From Piromyces finnis finn (lineage: Eukaryota > Fungi > Neocallimastigomycota): a DNA stretch of 64,000 bases. Positions within the stretch are counted from its first letter, which is position 1; each line of letters begins with the position of its first letter. The DNA lies in the NCBI GenBank assembly GCA_002104945.1, contig MCFH01000023.1, forward strand, positions 124,001 through 188,000, given 5' to 3'. The position numbers and the translations under genes were made by a program. Shown here piece by piece: positions 32,518 to 46,520 of the stretch. The notes below the pieces were generated by a model. It was not told where the DNA came from and searched no databases. It saw only the letters and a list, made by a program, of their open reading frames with translations.

Positions 32518-33453
32518 ATGCGTACCATTAAATTTATTTTAGCATTATTAGCAGCTGCTCCATCTGCTTTTGCTGCTCTTGAAGGTTCATGTACCGTCAA
32601 TGGTGTTAAGGGTGTCTGTATTAATACTGCTAATTGTAAAATGAGTGCTGGTCAAAGTGGTTCTGCTAATTATTATTCGGGCTACTGTCCAAATGACCCT
32701 GCAAATGTTAAGTGTTGTATTAAAAAAGTTAACTACAGTGGAAGAACTGGTACTTGTATTAATGTTAATAGTGGTTGTAATGGAGATTTATTTTCAGGAC
32801 AATGCCCAGGTAGTAGTAATGTTAAGTTATGTTTACCAAAGGTAACCACAACTCCAAACCCTCCAAGTACAAATACTTGTACCTACAATGGAAAAAAATA
32901 CAATTGTATGAATCCAAATAGTTGTACAGGTACTGTTATTAGTGGCTTATGTAGTGGAGGTGCTGACAATAAATGTTGTGTTACTGATATTGCTGACACT
33001 AAAACTAAAGTTGCTACTGAAGTTTACAATTTCTTCAAAAATAAGGGATGGACTAAGAATGCTATTTGTGGTTTACTTGGAAATATGGAACGTGAATCCG
33101 GTCTTAACCCAAATATAAATGAATACAGTGGTGGTGGTGGTTATGGTCTTGTTCAATGGACTCCAGGATCCGTTTTAAAGAATTGGGCCAATGCTAGAGG
33201 ATATGATTACAGAACCACTAATACTCAATGTCTTAGACTTCAATATGAATTTGACCTTCAATCCACCAATAGTGCTGAAAAGCAATACTACAAAACTTCT
33301 TCATGTAATTTAACCTTTTCTCAATTTAGTAAAAGTACTAAAACACCAGAAGAATTAGCTGAATGTTTCATGCGTAATTATGAAAGACCAGGAGTTTTAG
33401 CTCTTGCTGATAGAAAAACTTATGCTAGAAAATGGTTTAACTACTTTAAATAA
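32518..33453 (+). CDS. Secreted Cys-rich repeat / phage-tail-lysozyme-like protein, copy 2 (tandem paralog)
   Basis: 311 aa with the same architecture and motifs as 30428..31342, plus a longer VTTTPNPPS linker. Confidence 0.85.
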   Translation: MRTIKFILALLAAAPSAFAALEGSCTVNGVKGVCINTANCKMSAGQSGSANYYSGYCPNDPANVKCCIKKVNYSGRTGTCINVNSGCNGDLFSGQCPGSSNVKLCLPKVTTTPNPPSTNTCTYNGKKYNCMNPNSCTGTVISGLCSGGADNKCCVTDIADTKTKVATEVYNFFKNKGWTKNAICGLLGNMERESGLNPNINEYSGGGGYGLVQWTPGSVLKNWANARGYDYRTTNTQCLRLQYEFDLQSTNSAEKQYYKTSSCNLTFSQFSKSTKTPEELAECFMRNYERPGVLALADRKTYARKWFNYFK

Positions 33454-34205
33454 AAATTTTTTAAAAATTATTGAAATGGACTCAAAAAAAAAAAAAAAAT
33501 AATTTATTTTAATTGTTATCGCACTTAAAATAAAGTATTTTACTATATATCTCTATATAGTAAAAGGATAAGAAATATAAATGATATAATAATTATAAAA
33601 TAAATATATAATATTTATAAATATATATATTTGTAAATAAAAAAATTAAAAAAAATAATAAATAAAAATATAAAATATTAATCAAAAGATTGTATTATTA
33701 TCTAACCTTTAAAGTATATATATTATTATTATTATCATTTATTCTTAAATAATTTTATAACATTAGGTTAAAATAATAAATATGATAATATATTTGAAAA
33801 GATATCTAATTTTATTTATTATTATATAAAATATTTTTTGAAAATATTATATAATATATTATGTATGTTATATTACTTTTTTGTAAATAAATTGAATTTG
33901 AAATATAATAGTTTTTTTATTAAATATTTTAGATTATAAAATATAGATATATATAAATGAAATGAAATATGAAATATTAATTAGGTTTTAGTTTTTTGGT
34001 ATTGAAGCTACTTTAATGCATATGATAAAAAAGTAATAAAGTTTTATTTTTAATTTTCATATATTAATAATAAAATATTTAGGAGCTCTTTCATATTAAA
34101 TAAAATTTTCTTTAGCCAAAGCTTTTCAGAAAATAGGTTAATATTTATGGTAAAAAATAAATTCCAAAAATTTTAGAAAAAGGTTTTTGAAATTATTTAA
34201 AAATA

Positions 34206-34362
34206 TAAAATAAAATAAAATAAAATAAAATAAAATAAAATAAAATAAAATAAAATAAAATAAAATAAAATAAAATAAAATAAAATAAAATAAAATAAAA
34301 TAAAATAAAATAAAATAAAATAAAATAAAATAAAATAAAATAAAATAAAATAAAATAAAATA
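34206..34362. repeat. (TAAAA)n pentanucleotide microsatellite
   Basis: Perfect run read directly. Confidence 0.95.
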
Positions 34363-35378
34363 ATTGATATTACAGAATTGTATTTTGGACAATTTTAGTG
34401 AAATTGAATTCAGAAAATACACTTTTTTTTTTATTGTCATAATTATATAATATCATTTATATAGAATATACATGAATGATATTAATTACATTAATTACAT
34501 TCATTGAATAAATTTGGTTGAGATTTATTTTTTACCAACATTTTCTAATAAATTAAAAAATATAATGTAATTTTCAAAGTCTTAATAATCCTCTAATATT
34601 CATCTTTTATTATTTTTTTTTTAAAAAAGTATGTTTATTAATAAAAAACTTTAACCATAATGTTTTTAAATAATCAATACATATAGATATATATTTTCTT
34701 AAGCTTCTCCAAAAAAATTGATTTAAAATCTCTAAGATGTGATTTCATAAAGAAATATATATATTCGTTTTGTAAAATGTTTTTTTCTTTTTTTGAAATT
34801 GGACATTAAAAGTTGACTTTTAAAATAGTTAAATATTGATTTTTTTTTTTTTTTAGACTTTGTTCATATTTTTCTAAAATTAATTTCATTTTTATAATAT
34901 ATTCTTAATAATTATTTGTTAAATATATTATAAAATATAAAGACTTTTATTATTTCTATATATTTAGGTAATGGAATTATATAATATTATATTTTTATGA
35001 AAAAAAAAATTATTTTAATTATATCTTTTTAAACCACTTTAATTTTAAAAATGATTAATATTTTAGTGTATTTTAATTTTTAAAGCATTTTTTTTTTTTT
35101 TTTTTAATTTAATAATTTTTATTTATTTTTTCTATATTCTATTTTTATTCTATTTTTATTTATTTTTTCTATATTCTTTTTATTTTTATTTTTTTAAAAA
35201 AAAGTTAAATATAATACAGATTAAGGGAATGCCGAATAATAATAATAATAAAAAAAAAATTAAATAATAGTTTAGATATTATTTTTAGTATTATTATTTT
35301 TTCATTTATATATTTTTTTTTTTTTTTATTTTTTTAGCATTATTTTTATATATATATATATATTTTAATTTAATTGTT

Positions 35379-38300
35379 CTACCATGGTATTATTTTATTT
35401 ACAACAATTCTTCCGATAGCTCTACTACCGTAATGAATATGTTTTCCAACACGTATTTTTTTATCATGTTGACGTTTTTCATCTATTAATTTTTCAATAA
35501 TATCATTTTTTAATTTAATGGCAATGCCTTTTGCTTTTAAATTCACCATGTTATCATTAAATATATCCTTTTCTACTCTATCTTTATAATCTGCTCCAAC
35601 CTCAAGAAGATCCTTAACAATACCCGGATTATTGAAATAGACAGCAAAATGTAGTGCTGACCAACCTCTTGATTTTAAATTTATGAATTTTTTACATTTA
35701 TCCATGGATTCACCTTTCTCACTGTATTTACTAACGAGTTCATTAATCAGTTCGGATACAATCTCTCTATTACTATCTTCTCTACTATGCTTACAGGCAA
35801 TATGAAGAGCAGTCATCTTTTTATTAGAAGTTTTGCTTTCTATATTGATTTTATTATATAAAAGTACTCTAACAACATCAATATGTCCTTTTTCGCATGC
35901 AATATGAAGTGCTGTCATACCATTGTCTAATTTTTCATGACTACTATTTTTACCTTTATTGTTGAAATAGAGACGAACATTAATAAAATTATTTCTATCA
36001 TTAATAACATACGCTCTTTCTAGCAATTCACTTACTATTTCATATTCCCCAATTTCACATGAAACATGGAGTGCGGTCTTATTTTCGTTTGTTTTAACAT
36101 ATATATTAGCATTTTCACTTAACAATAATCTAACCATATAAAGGTTTTTATTTTCACACGCAATATGAAGTGGCGTTTTATTTTCATAGTTTTGGGCATC
36201 AATATCAGCTTTATTCTTTAAAAGAAATTTTACTAAATCAACGGCACCATTTTGACAAGCCATATGAATAAGTGTGTTTCCTTGATGATTTTGATCATTA
36301 ATAATATCCAAGGCATCATCAATTCCTAAATCTAATTTGGTACTATTCAAGTTTTGATAATATTTTTTCTTTAATAATTCCTTGACAATATTGATATAAT
36401 TCTTTTGACAGGCAATATGAATAGGCATATTTCCATTGTCATCTTCGACAGATGAAATAGCTTTGTTTTTGAGAAGAAGTCTAACTGATTTAAGATCATT
36501 ATTTTCACATGCAATATGAAGTGGTGTTTGACCTTTATTCGTTTTCATTGTAACATCAGCTCCTTTACCTAAAAGTGCTTTTATTATATCAATCTTTCCA
36601 TTTTTACATGCAATATGTAACGGTGACCATTTATATTTGTTTATTGAATTAATAGGACTACCTTTTTCTATTAAAGTATGAATAATATCAGAACATCCAT
36701 TTTCACATGCTATATGCAATGGAGTGTTCATATCTTCATATTCTTCATTAATATCGCTTATGTTTTCCTGAAGAAGAAATCTAACCATATTTTTATAATT
36801 ATTTTTACACGCTATGTAGAGTTGGGATTCACCTTTATTTAAGTTATTTTTTGTAGCATTATCAATTAAATTTTTAAAGAACGCTATATTATCCTCATTC
36901 CAATTCATTTTATTTCTATCTATATTCTTTTCACTAATATTTATATTTTTTTCTGAGATCTTTTTTTTGGAATCTTTATAACTTTTATCAATAATATTTT
37001 CAATATCCTTTACATTAATTGATAAAGTGATATTATGTTCATTAGCATATTCAGTGATTACCTTTGATAATTCAATGTTGTTGTTTTTTAAAGTATTCAA
37101 AATCGGATTAAAACCTTTATTATTTTTATTATTAATTTCTAAACAAATATCATTTTTGTTTGCATAATCGATTAATAATTTGGTCATTTCAATATTATTA
37201 TTATTAGTACTCCATATCATCGGATAGAATCCTGAAAAATTTCTATTATTTACATTTAATACGATATTATTTTTATTGGCATAATCAATTACTAATCGAG
37301 TTGCTTCGGGATTATTATGTATAGCCATAAGCATAAGACAATTATTACCGAATTTATTTCTCTCATTAACATTTATTGTAATATAATTTTTATCGGCATA
37401 ATCAAATAACAATTTTATCATATTAATATTATTATTTGTCGAGCTTAGTATAAGTGGACTACTACCTTTACTATTTCGTTCATTAACTTCTAATATTATA
37501 TTATTTTTGTCTGCATAATCCATCAATACCTTTGTTATCTCAATATCATTATATTTCACGCATTGTAAAATTGGATTATTTCTATTTTTATTTTGCTCAT
37601 TAACCTCCAATATTATATTATTTTTATCTGCATATTTTATTAATAGCTTAATTAATTCGATATTACTATTTACAATGCTTGCCATAAGTGGATATAATCC
37701 ATCCTCATTTTGTTCATTAAGCTTTAAAACAATATTATAGCTATCAGCATAATTTACAAGTGTTGTTGTCATTTCAACATTATTTCTATTTGTACTGCAT
37801 AAAAGAGGATACCATCCATTCTTACTTTGCTCATTAATTTCTAAAATAGTATTATTTTTATTGGCATAATCCATTAATAAATGAATCATTTCAACATTAT
37901 CATTATCTATACAATATAATAATGGATACCATCCATTTTTATTTTTTCCATTGATGTCTAAAACAATATTATTTTCATTGGCATAATCAATTAATAACTG
38001 TACTATTTCAATATTATTAACGTTAACACTTCCTAAAAATGGATAATCTCCTTTATTATCTTTGGCCATTATATTTAAATCTATATTATTTTTATTTGAA
38101 TATTCAATAATAAGTTTTGTAATTTTGATATTATTACTATAGATACTGCTTAAAAATGGATAACTTCCTTTATTATTTTTTTCATTTATTTCTAAAATTA
38201 AATTATTTTTATTTGCATAGTTGATTAATAAATTAGTTATTTCAACATTACCCTTGCTTGCACTTAATAAAAGTGGATAATTTCCTTGATTATTTTTTTC

Positions 38301-40629
38301 ATTTATTTTTAAAATGAGCTTGTTTTTATTTGCATAATCAGTTAATATTTTTACCATCTTAATATCATCATTTTCAATACTTTTTATGAGAGGATTGTTT
38401 CCGCCATTATTTTTTTCATTAATTTGTAAAACAATACCATTTTTGTTTGCATATTCAATTAATAACTCTGTTGTATGGATACTATTATTTGAAATACTAT
38501 ATAAAAGAGGATACCAACCATTTTCATTTTTTCATTTATTTTTAAAATAATATTATTTCTATTAGCATATTCTATTAATAATTTAGTTATTCTAACATTT
38601 TTTTCAATAATACTCAATAAAATTGGAGAATTTTCAATATTATTTTTTTCATTGATTTCTAAAATAATATCCTTTTCATCGGCATAATTAATTAATAATT
38701 TAAGCATTTCAATATTTTCATTTCTAATACTTATTAAAAGTGGATTATTTCCGTTATTATTTTTTTCATTAATTTCTAATACAATATTATTTTTATTTCC
38801 ATAATCTATCAATAGATTAGCCATTTCTACATTATTTTTTTGATACTTTGTAAAAATGGATACCATCCATTATTACTTTTATCATTAATATCTATAATGC
38901 TGAAACTTTTGTTGGCATAGTCCATTAATAGTTTTGTCATTTCAATATTGTTTTCGCTTACACTACAAAAAAGGGGATACCATCCATTATTATTCTTTTC
39001 ATTAATTTCTAAAACAATATTATTTTTATTAGCATAATCAATTAGCATTTTAACTATTTGGATATTATTATTACTAACGCCATATAAAAGTGGATACCAT
39101 CCATTTTCATTTTTTCTATCTAATTCTAAAATTATATTATTAGCATTTGCATAATCTATTAATAATGTTGCTATTTCTACATTATTTTTACTGAGACTCA
39201 TTAAAAATGCATTATCTCCTCTATTATTTTCTTCATTGATTTTCAAAATAATATTATGTCTTCTGGCATACTCAATTAAAACTTTCATAATTTCAATATT
39301 ATTTTTATTTATGCAATATAAAAGTGGATACCAGCCATTTTCATTTTTTTCATTAATATCAATATTTATACCATTTCTATCCGCATATTCCATTAATAAC
39401 ACTACCATTTCAACGTTATTTCCAAAAACACTGGTTATAAGTGGACTATCTCCTCTATTATTTTTTTCGTTAATTTCCAAAATAATATTATTTTTATAAG
39501 CATAATCCATTAATAATTTTGTCATTCCAACATTATTTTTCTTTGTACTAAACAAAACCGGATTCCATCCGTTTCTATTTTTTTCATTTACTTGTAAAAC
39601 AATATTATTTTTTCTCGCATAATCCATTAATAAATTACTCATTATAATATTATTTTTATCCGTACTAAGAAGCAATGGATTATTACCATCTTTATTTGCT
39701 TCATTAATTTCCAAAATAATATTATTTTTATTGGCATAATCTATTAAAATCTTAGTCATTGGTACATTATTTTTATTTATACTATATAAAAGTGGATACC
39801 ATCCATTTTTATTTTTTTCGTTAATGTCTAAAATAATATTTTCCTTGTTGGCATAGTTAATTAATACCTTGATCATTTCAACATTATTATTAATTGCACT
39901 TTCTAAGTGGGGATTATCACCATTATTATTTTTTTCATTTATTTCTAAAACAATTTTATTTGTAACAGCATAATTAAACAATAATTTAGTTATTTCAATA
40001 TTATTTTTCATACTACTATATAGCAATGGATACCATCCATTTCTATTTTTTTCGTTCAGTTTTAAGATAATTTTGTTTTTTTTTGCGTAATCAATTAACA
40101 CTTTTATCATTTTAGTATTATTTTTGTATGCGCTACATAAAACAGGATACCACCCGTCTTTATTTTTTTCATTAACTTTTAATAAAATGTTATGTTTTTT
40201 TGAATATTCAATTAATAATTTTGTCATTTCAATGTTATTTTTATCTGTTGTAAATAAAAGAGGATAATCACCATCTTTATTTTTTTCATTTAGTTTCAAT
40301 AGTATATTATTTTTATTAGAATAATCAATAATCATTTTTGTCATTTCAACATTATTATTATTAATACTATATAAAAGAGGATACCACCCATCACTATTTT
40401 TCCCATTAATTTTTAATTTAATATTACTGACATTGGCATATTCAATTAATAATTTTGATATCTCAACATTATCTTTACAAGCACTAAATAAAAAAGGATA
40501 CCATCCATCTTCGTTTGTTTCATTAATAGCTATAATGGTTTCTTTTTCCTTTGCCTCTTCAATAAGTAATTTAACCTTATTTGTATCATTATTTTGAATT
40601 GCTAAAAAAAGATTTTCTGTTAAACCCAT
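35379..40629 (-). CDS. Giant ankyrin-repeat protein (~1750 aa), split into three ORFs by two 1-nt deletions in A-runs
   Basis: ORFs 38827..40629, 38459..38866 and 35379..38357 join if one A is added near 38840 (QSIKKNNVEM) and near 38530 (NEKNENGWYP). About 30 long 39-aa repeats, then canonical TPLHIAC/TALHIAC ankyrin repeats. Confidence 0.85.
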
Positions 40630-41773
40630 TTTTATTTTACTTAAATTAGTAATATAATTTTTATCATTTATTTTTAATAACTATTTATTATATAACATTT
40701 ATTTATGAACTAAAATTCCTACTATTTGAATAAACATTTATACTTTAAATTTTTTTATAAATGCTTTATATTATTTTCCTTTTTTTTTATTATTTATTTA
40801 TTTGTGTTTTTTTTTTTTTTTACACACAATAACCTTTAATTTTTTTTAAAAAAATTTAAAAAAATATCCAATCATTTTTTAAAATACTACTCCAATAAAT
40901 CTATATTAAATTTTAAAAAGAAAGGAAAAATAAAATATAAAATAAATTTACAGTAAAAGTAAATAATAAAAAATTAAGTTTTTTTTTTTTTTTTTTAATT
41001 TAGAATATTCTATATTACCAATGGTATACTAATGAAAAGGTTACAAAAATAATAAATGGAGAGTTTATTTCAACGAAATTCCCTGAACTAATAAAGTCAC
41101 ATTTTTTATTTCTATATCAAGTATTATTGTATTAATATTAATAATATTAATAATATATATATATTCAAAACATAATATATATTTTTTTGAAAATAAAGAA
41201 AGAAAAAATTAAGAATATTTTAAATTATTTTGAACTAAATAGAAAAAAGATGTGAATTTTTTTTATATATATTTAATTACTATTATATCATTAATAGTTT
41301 ATGTATAAAGTTGAAATATCTCTCGGAAAATAAACTAGTATATTACATTAAAAGTGCAAAATGAGACAATTAAAATTGTTAAGCAAATAAATACTAAAGA
41401 GTATATATTATATATGAAAATGGAAAGAAAAAAAAATTAAAGATTGAAACTTTAACATTCTTCATTATCATTGATTGTATTATAATATTTTATAAAAACT
41501 TTATTAAAATTAACTGTAAGTCATACATCATTTAATAAATAAAATAAAGTAGGATAAATAAATTTTTAATAAAAAAATTTTATTAATATTTAAAACAATA
41601 TATAAAAATATTAAAAAAAAAAAGCATTTATTATTATTATTTTATTGTTATTAAATATTACTATTTTGAAAAGTATCTATATGAATTTTTAATACAAAAC
41701 AAAATATAATAAAAAAAATATTTACAATTATATATAAATGTTTAATATGATCAAAAAAAAAAATTTTTTTTTA

Positions 41774-44331
41774 TTACAATTTTCCAGTTCCATTAATATC
41801 AGCTGCTGCTTCAGCATTATAAGAATTATAAGTATTTTTCGTGTTAGCACTTGTATTACTTGATGATAATAATGATGATGGTGATGATATTGTAATTGTA
41901 ATAGCTTTAACAATTTTTCTAATTAATGCTTTGTATTTTCCTGAGCCTTGTTTTAATGGAACTAATTCTGAATAATTAACAACTGTAGTAGAAGCTCTAA
42001 ATTTTTCAGGGAATACAAGAACAGTAAGAAGTCTAGCTCCTACCAATAAATGAACACATAATGCATTCAATAAACTATATATAATACATATTATTGCATA
42101 ATAAATATCATAATGATTTTCTTTATAAGTGTAGAAAAAGTATTCAAAAATAGTTGTTAATCCCCAAACTATTACAATAATATAAAGATAATAAACATCA
42201 CCAAATCTTTTTGAAGCCTTTCCTGTTAAAATTATCATAACAAGTATCACTGCAAACTGTATAAAATATAAAAAATTAAACCATTAATTAGTTTATATAT
42301 TATTATTAAATATTAACATGAAAAAAAAATAAAATAAATAAATATATATATATTTATACATACAATAGTGTATACATAAATCATATCTATTATTTCAAAA
42401 ATTTTATAATTGTCGTAGTAACAACTTGGAAAACGTAAAGAATCAATAAAACCAAAAGATAAAATATATGTCTCGTTGAAACAATGAACTAAAATCTTAT
42501 ATAAAATCATTCCTCCAAATATAATAGAAAAATATAATAATAAATGTTTATCATCTAATTTTTTTGTAGAAAGTCTTTTAGCTTTAATGACACAATAAAT
42601 ACGATAGGTGACAATCAACATTGGCAACAGTAACAGGTTCATTTCAATAGTACTTATAATATACCCAATGTTACAATCAAAGATAGAATAAGATCCCGTA
42701 TTTACAAATCCACATCCATTCATCATAAAACCTATACACATAAGAATACTGAAAGATGGTGAAATTACCTTTAAATATGGATGCTTTCTATTTTTATAAA
42801 CTAGAATTATGGTAATTAAAATAAAAGTGGATACCAAAAAACAAAATATATCCAAAAATATGAATAAATTGGTCATATTTGATGTAGCCAATAATTTAAC
42901 AATACTAAAATTCTTAGTAACATATTCATAGTTTGTCCAATTCTTTAATACTCCTTTAATTCTAGAAGGAATAAGTAATCTTGTTTCATAGAAATTAGGA
43001 CTATATTTACTTGTAAAAACTGATTTCATTCGAATTCGTTTCACCTCTTCTATTGACTTACATATAAATGGTTTAAATTCACAATATTCCTTAATATCTG
43101 GATCACTATCTTTCTTATTTATATCAAATGTTGGAATATTACCAAACTTTTTAGCTCTACGTATCTGCATTTCTTTTGAAGTTAGATGAAGGACAACTTC
43201 TGCTAAAAGTTTTTTATCTACATTACTATGTTTATTAATTACCATGTAATTTTCTGTAATAGCACTAGTATATTTTGGTGGAAGAGAGGCTGCAATACCT
43301 GAGGTGGCGTTAACATTATCATTGACAGCACGGAAAATACCATAATGAGAAGCTCTGCTTCTTAAAAAGAAGGATAAATCATTCATGAAATGAATATAGG
43401 CCATACCCTCTCCCATATAAATAGAATTATCTAAATTATTTTCAGAAAATTTTAGTACAGCTTCTCTAAAGGATTTAAACAAGCTTTCAGATGTACTATT
43501 GTAGAAGACATCAAAGAAGTCTTTATCATTTTCAGCTGACAAATCATATTTATTATCTACGTATTCTACGAAAAAGTTAAGAAGAGAATCTTCGTCACCT
43601 AAAGGAGCCATTAAAGGATTATACGTTTGAAAATTCATTAATAATAACGCTTCATCCCATGTGATATCTTTAAGTAAATCAGCTATATCCCTGGATTTTT
43701 CATGTTCTTTATGATAATATAAAAAGTCGAAATCAAAATCATACGGTAAGGCGTACAATTTTTTATTATTATAACATTCTTTTAAAATTCTTGGGTCATG
43801 AAATTCGAGATCTTTTACATCAATATAATCGGTAATATCCAGTAAGAAATCTCTAGTTGGCGTTCTACTTAGCATATGTTGTTCATTAGCAAATGATTGA
43901 ATTAAAGCATCATCCGAAAACAAAATTCTATCATCAAATATATATATATCAAAAGTTTTATTTTTCATAAGGTTATACATAAATTCAACGTAAGTAACAT
44001 ATTCTGAAACATGATCAACATTAACAGAAGAGTATAAATAATAATCTAAAGAAATTTTAAAGTTTGTCATATTTTTTGAATGAAAGTATTCCCTAATAAC
44101 TTCAAGATGAGTATTAAACCAATTATCAGAATTCATTACATCTGATAAGTAATGTTGCCTCATCAATATATTTATTACTGGTAGATCATCATCTTCTTTT
44201 TCATTTTCTTTTACGTCTGCTTCTATTTCATTTTCTTCTATACCTGTTTCTGTTTCATTTTCTGATCTTACTTTTGAAAATAAAAGTATCAGTAAAAAAC
44301 AATATATTAATAGTTTTTTAATAGATAACAT
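41774..44331 (-). CDS. Class C-like GPCR with N-terminal solute-binding-protein (periplasmic binding protein II) domain; 2 exons, ~816 aa
   Basis: Signal peptide, SBP-like ectodomain (LYALPYDFDFDFLYY, YMVINKHS...VVLHLTSKEMQ..RA..FGNIPTF), then a 7TM region starting ILVYKNRKHPYLKVISPSF. In-frame GT-AG intron at 42363..42257. Confidence 0.82.
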
Positions 44332-46520
44332 TTAATTTTTTTCTGTATTATTTCTATATATTGAAATGTTGAGTAGAATAATTTATGTAAAATTGAGTAG
44401 AATAGGTAAATGATCAAATTTAGTTAGAATATATATTTTTTCAGTACTTTAATTATATACTTAAAATAGCAATTAAATTTTTTTAAAATTCATTTTTATA
44501 TTATAAAAGTTTAAAATTTAAAAGACTAAAAAACTATTAATAATAATAAAATGAAAAACCCAAAAATTTTTTTATTATTGTTATTAGTTTTTAAATTTAT
44601 TAGAAAAAATAGGAATTTATTGTATAGAGTCATATATAATAATTATTACTTATTATATATATAAGCCATTAGTTTCTTTTATGTGTATTAATTATCTATA
44701 TTTTTATTTTAACAATAGAAATTCGTTTCTATGGAAATTAAATATTTATTCTCATTATTTTAATTTTTTTTTTAGATATATGTTTTATACTATTAATTCA
44801 TTAGCATTATTTATAATTATTAAATATAGTTATAAATATACCAGGATAAAATAAAATGATAATATGATAGTAAAATATTTTTTAATTATTATTAAAATAT
44901 AAACTATATGAAAAATATATTTTAAAAATTTTTGGACTATTAAAATTATTTAAATTAAAATGAATGTAACTTAAAAATAATAATGTTCTTTTAATAATTA
45001 TAATTTTGTAAGCTTTTAGTAGAGTTTTAAAATCTACTTTTTAATTATTTGTTATTTATATCTATTATTTTCTACACTATAAAAAAGTGAATTATTATAT
45101 ATTTATATATAAGATTATACGATAAACATGAACTAAGATTATTAAAATAAATAAGGATAGAATAATAAAATAATAAAAAAAAAAAAAAAAAATACATTTA
45201 ATAAAAGGATTTATTCAAAAGAGTAGGAAATTTATATAATGTAGAAATAATATTTTTCTTATTATGTATCAAAATAAGAAAAATATTATTATTATTTTAA
45301 TATGAATGTATCAAAATACATCATATATCATATCGTTATTTTTTGTTATGAAAATTATCACAATAACATGGTAGTAATAATAAAAATCTTGTTGTAGCAT
45401 AATAACTTTTATCATGTAAAAAGTATATAAATATTAATGAAACAGTAAATTCTCCATATGAAAATGCAAACTTTACCATAGGAATTTTGAATGAAAAAAA
45501 AAATATTTAAAAATATTTTAGGAGGCTAAACTTTCGAATAAAAAAATTAATTAAAAAAAATAAATTAATTTGAGTAGAAAAATAAAAAACTTTAAATTAT
45601 GCTAAATTTTATAAAAAAAAAAAAAAGTTTATTTTATCTATTATTTATTTATATCTATTTGCTTTGAATGACAATGCTTTTTAACAGATAATAATACAAA
45701 GAAAACATTTTTATAAATATCTTAAATGCAATATGTCAATTAATATTATATAAAAAATATTTTTTTTTTTATTTTGGATGGTACATTTATTAAAAAATAA
45801 TAAAATGCAGAATGAGCCAATGAAATTAAATGAAATGTTATAGAGAAATTTTTTGATGTATTTAATATAAAAAAAAGACTTTTAAAAATATATATCAAAA
45901 ATTCAATATTTAAAAACTTTTTTATTAATGAAGATAGTTACAATAGTAAAGAAAAACTTTAAAAAAAAAGCATTTTATATTTAAAATATTATATGTATAT
46001 TTAGTTTTATAATTGTATATCTTTGTTTTTTCAAAAAAATTTTCTTTTCCCGTTTTTACTCTACTAAGCTTTTTTTTTTCTTTGTTACACAACATATTAT
46101 CAAATTTTAATTAAATGAATTTTAATTAATAAACTATTTAATATATATTAATATATAATGTAGTGCATTTCTTATATATTAATTTATATATTATTTATGG
46201 AATTTATTGATAAAAATTTTATTAAAAAAAAAATAAAAAAATTTTATTGTTCATCCATTAATTTTAAATTATAAATGAAATTATAAAAAAAAAAAAAAAA
46301 AAAAGACATATGGAAAGAAATTCTTTATCTGCTTAATCTTTTAAAGTAAATAGCAACAACAAGTGCAAGTGCAAAAGCAACAACAAAATATACTCTTTTT
46401 TAAAAGTTTTAACTTTTCTTTTTTTATTATTTTAAAAGAAATATTTTATCGAGAAAAAAAAAAAAGAAAAATATAATAAATACAATTGAATCAATATTAA
46501 TTAGGAAAGGAATTAAGACA

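Noticed and set aside
38500-38860. Programmed -1 ribosomal frameshifting in the ankyrin gene
   Set aside because: No downstream stimulatory structure seen, and similar homopolymer indels occur across the window; error is more parsimonious.
46325-46400. Minus-strand TM-like peptide VYFVVAFALALVVAIYFKRLSR*
   Set aside because: No in-frame start or upstream exon could be supported.
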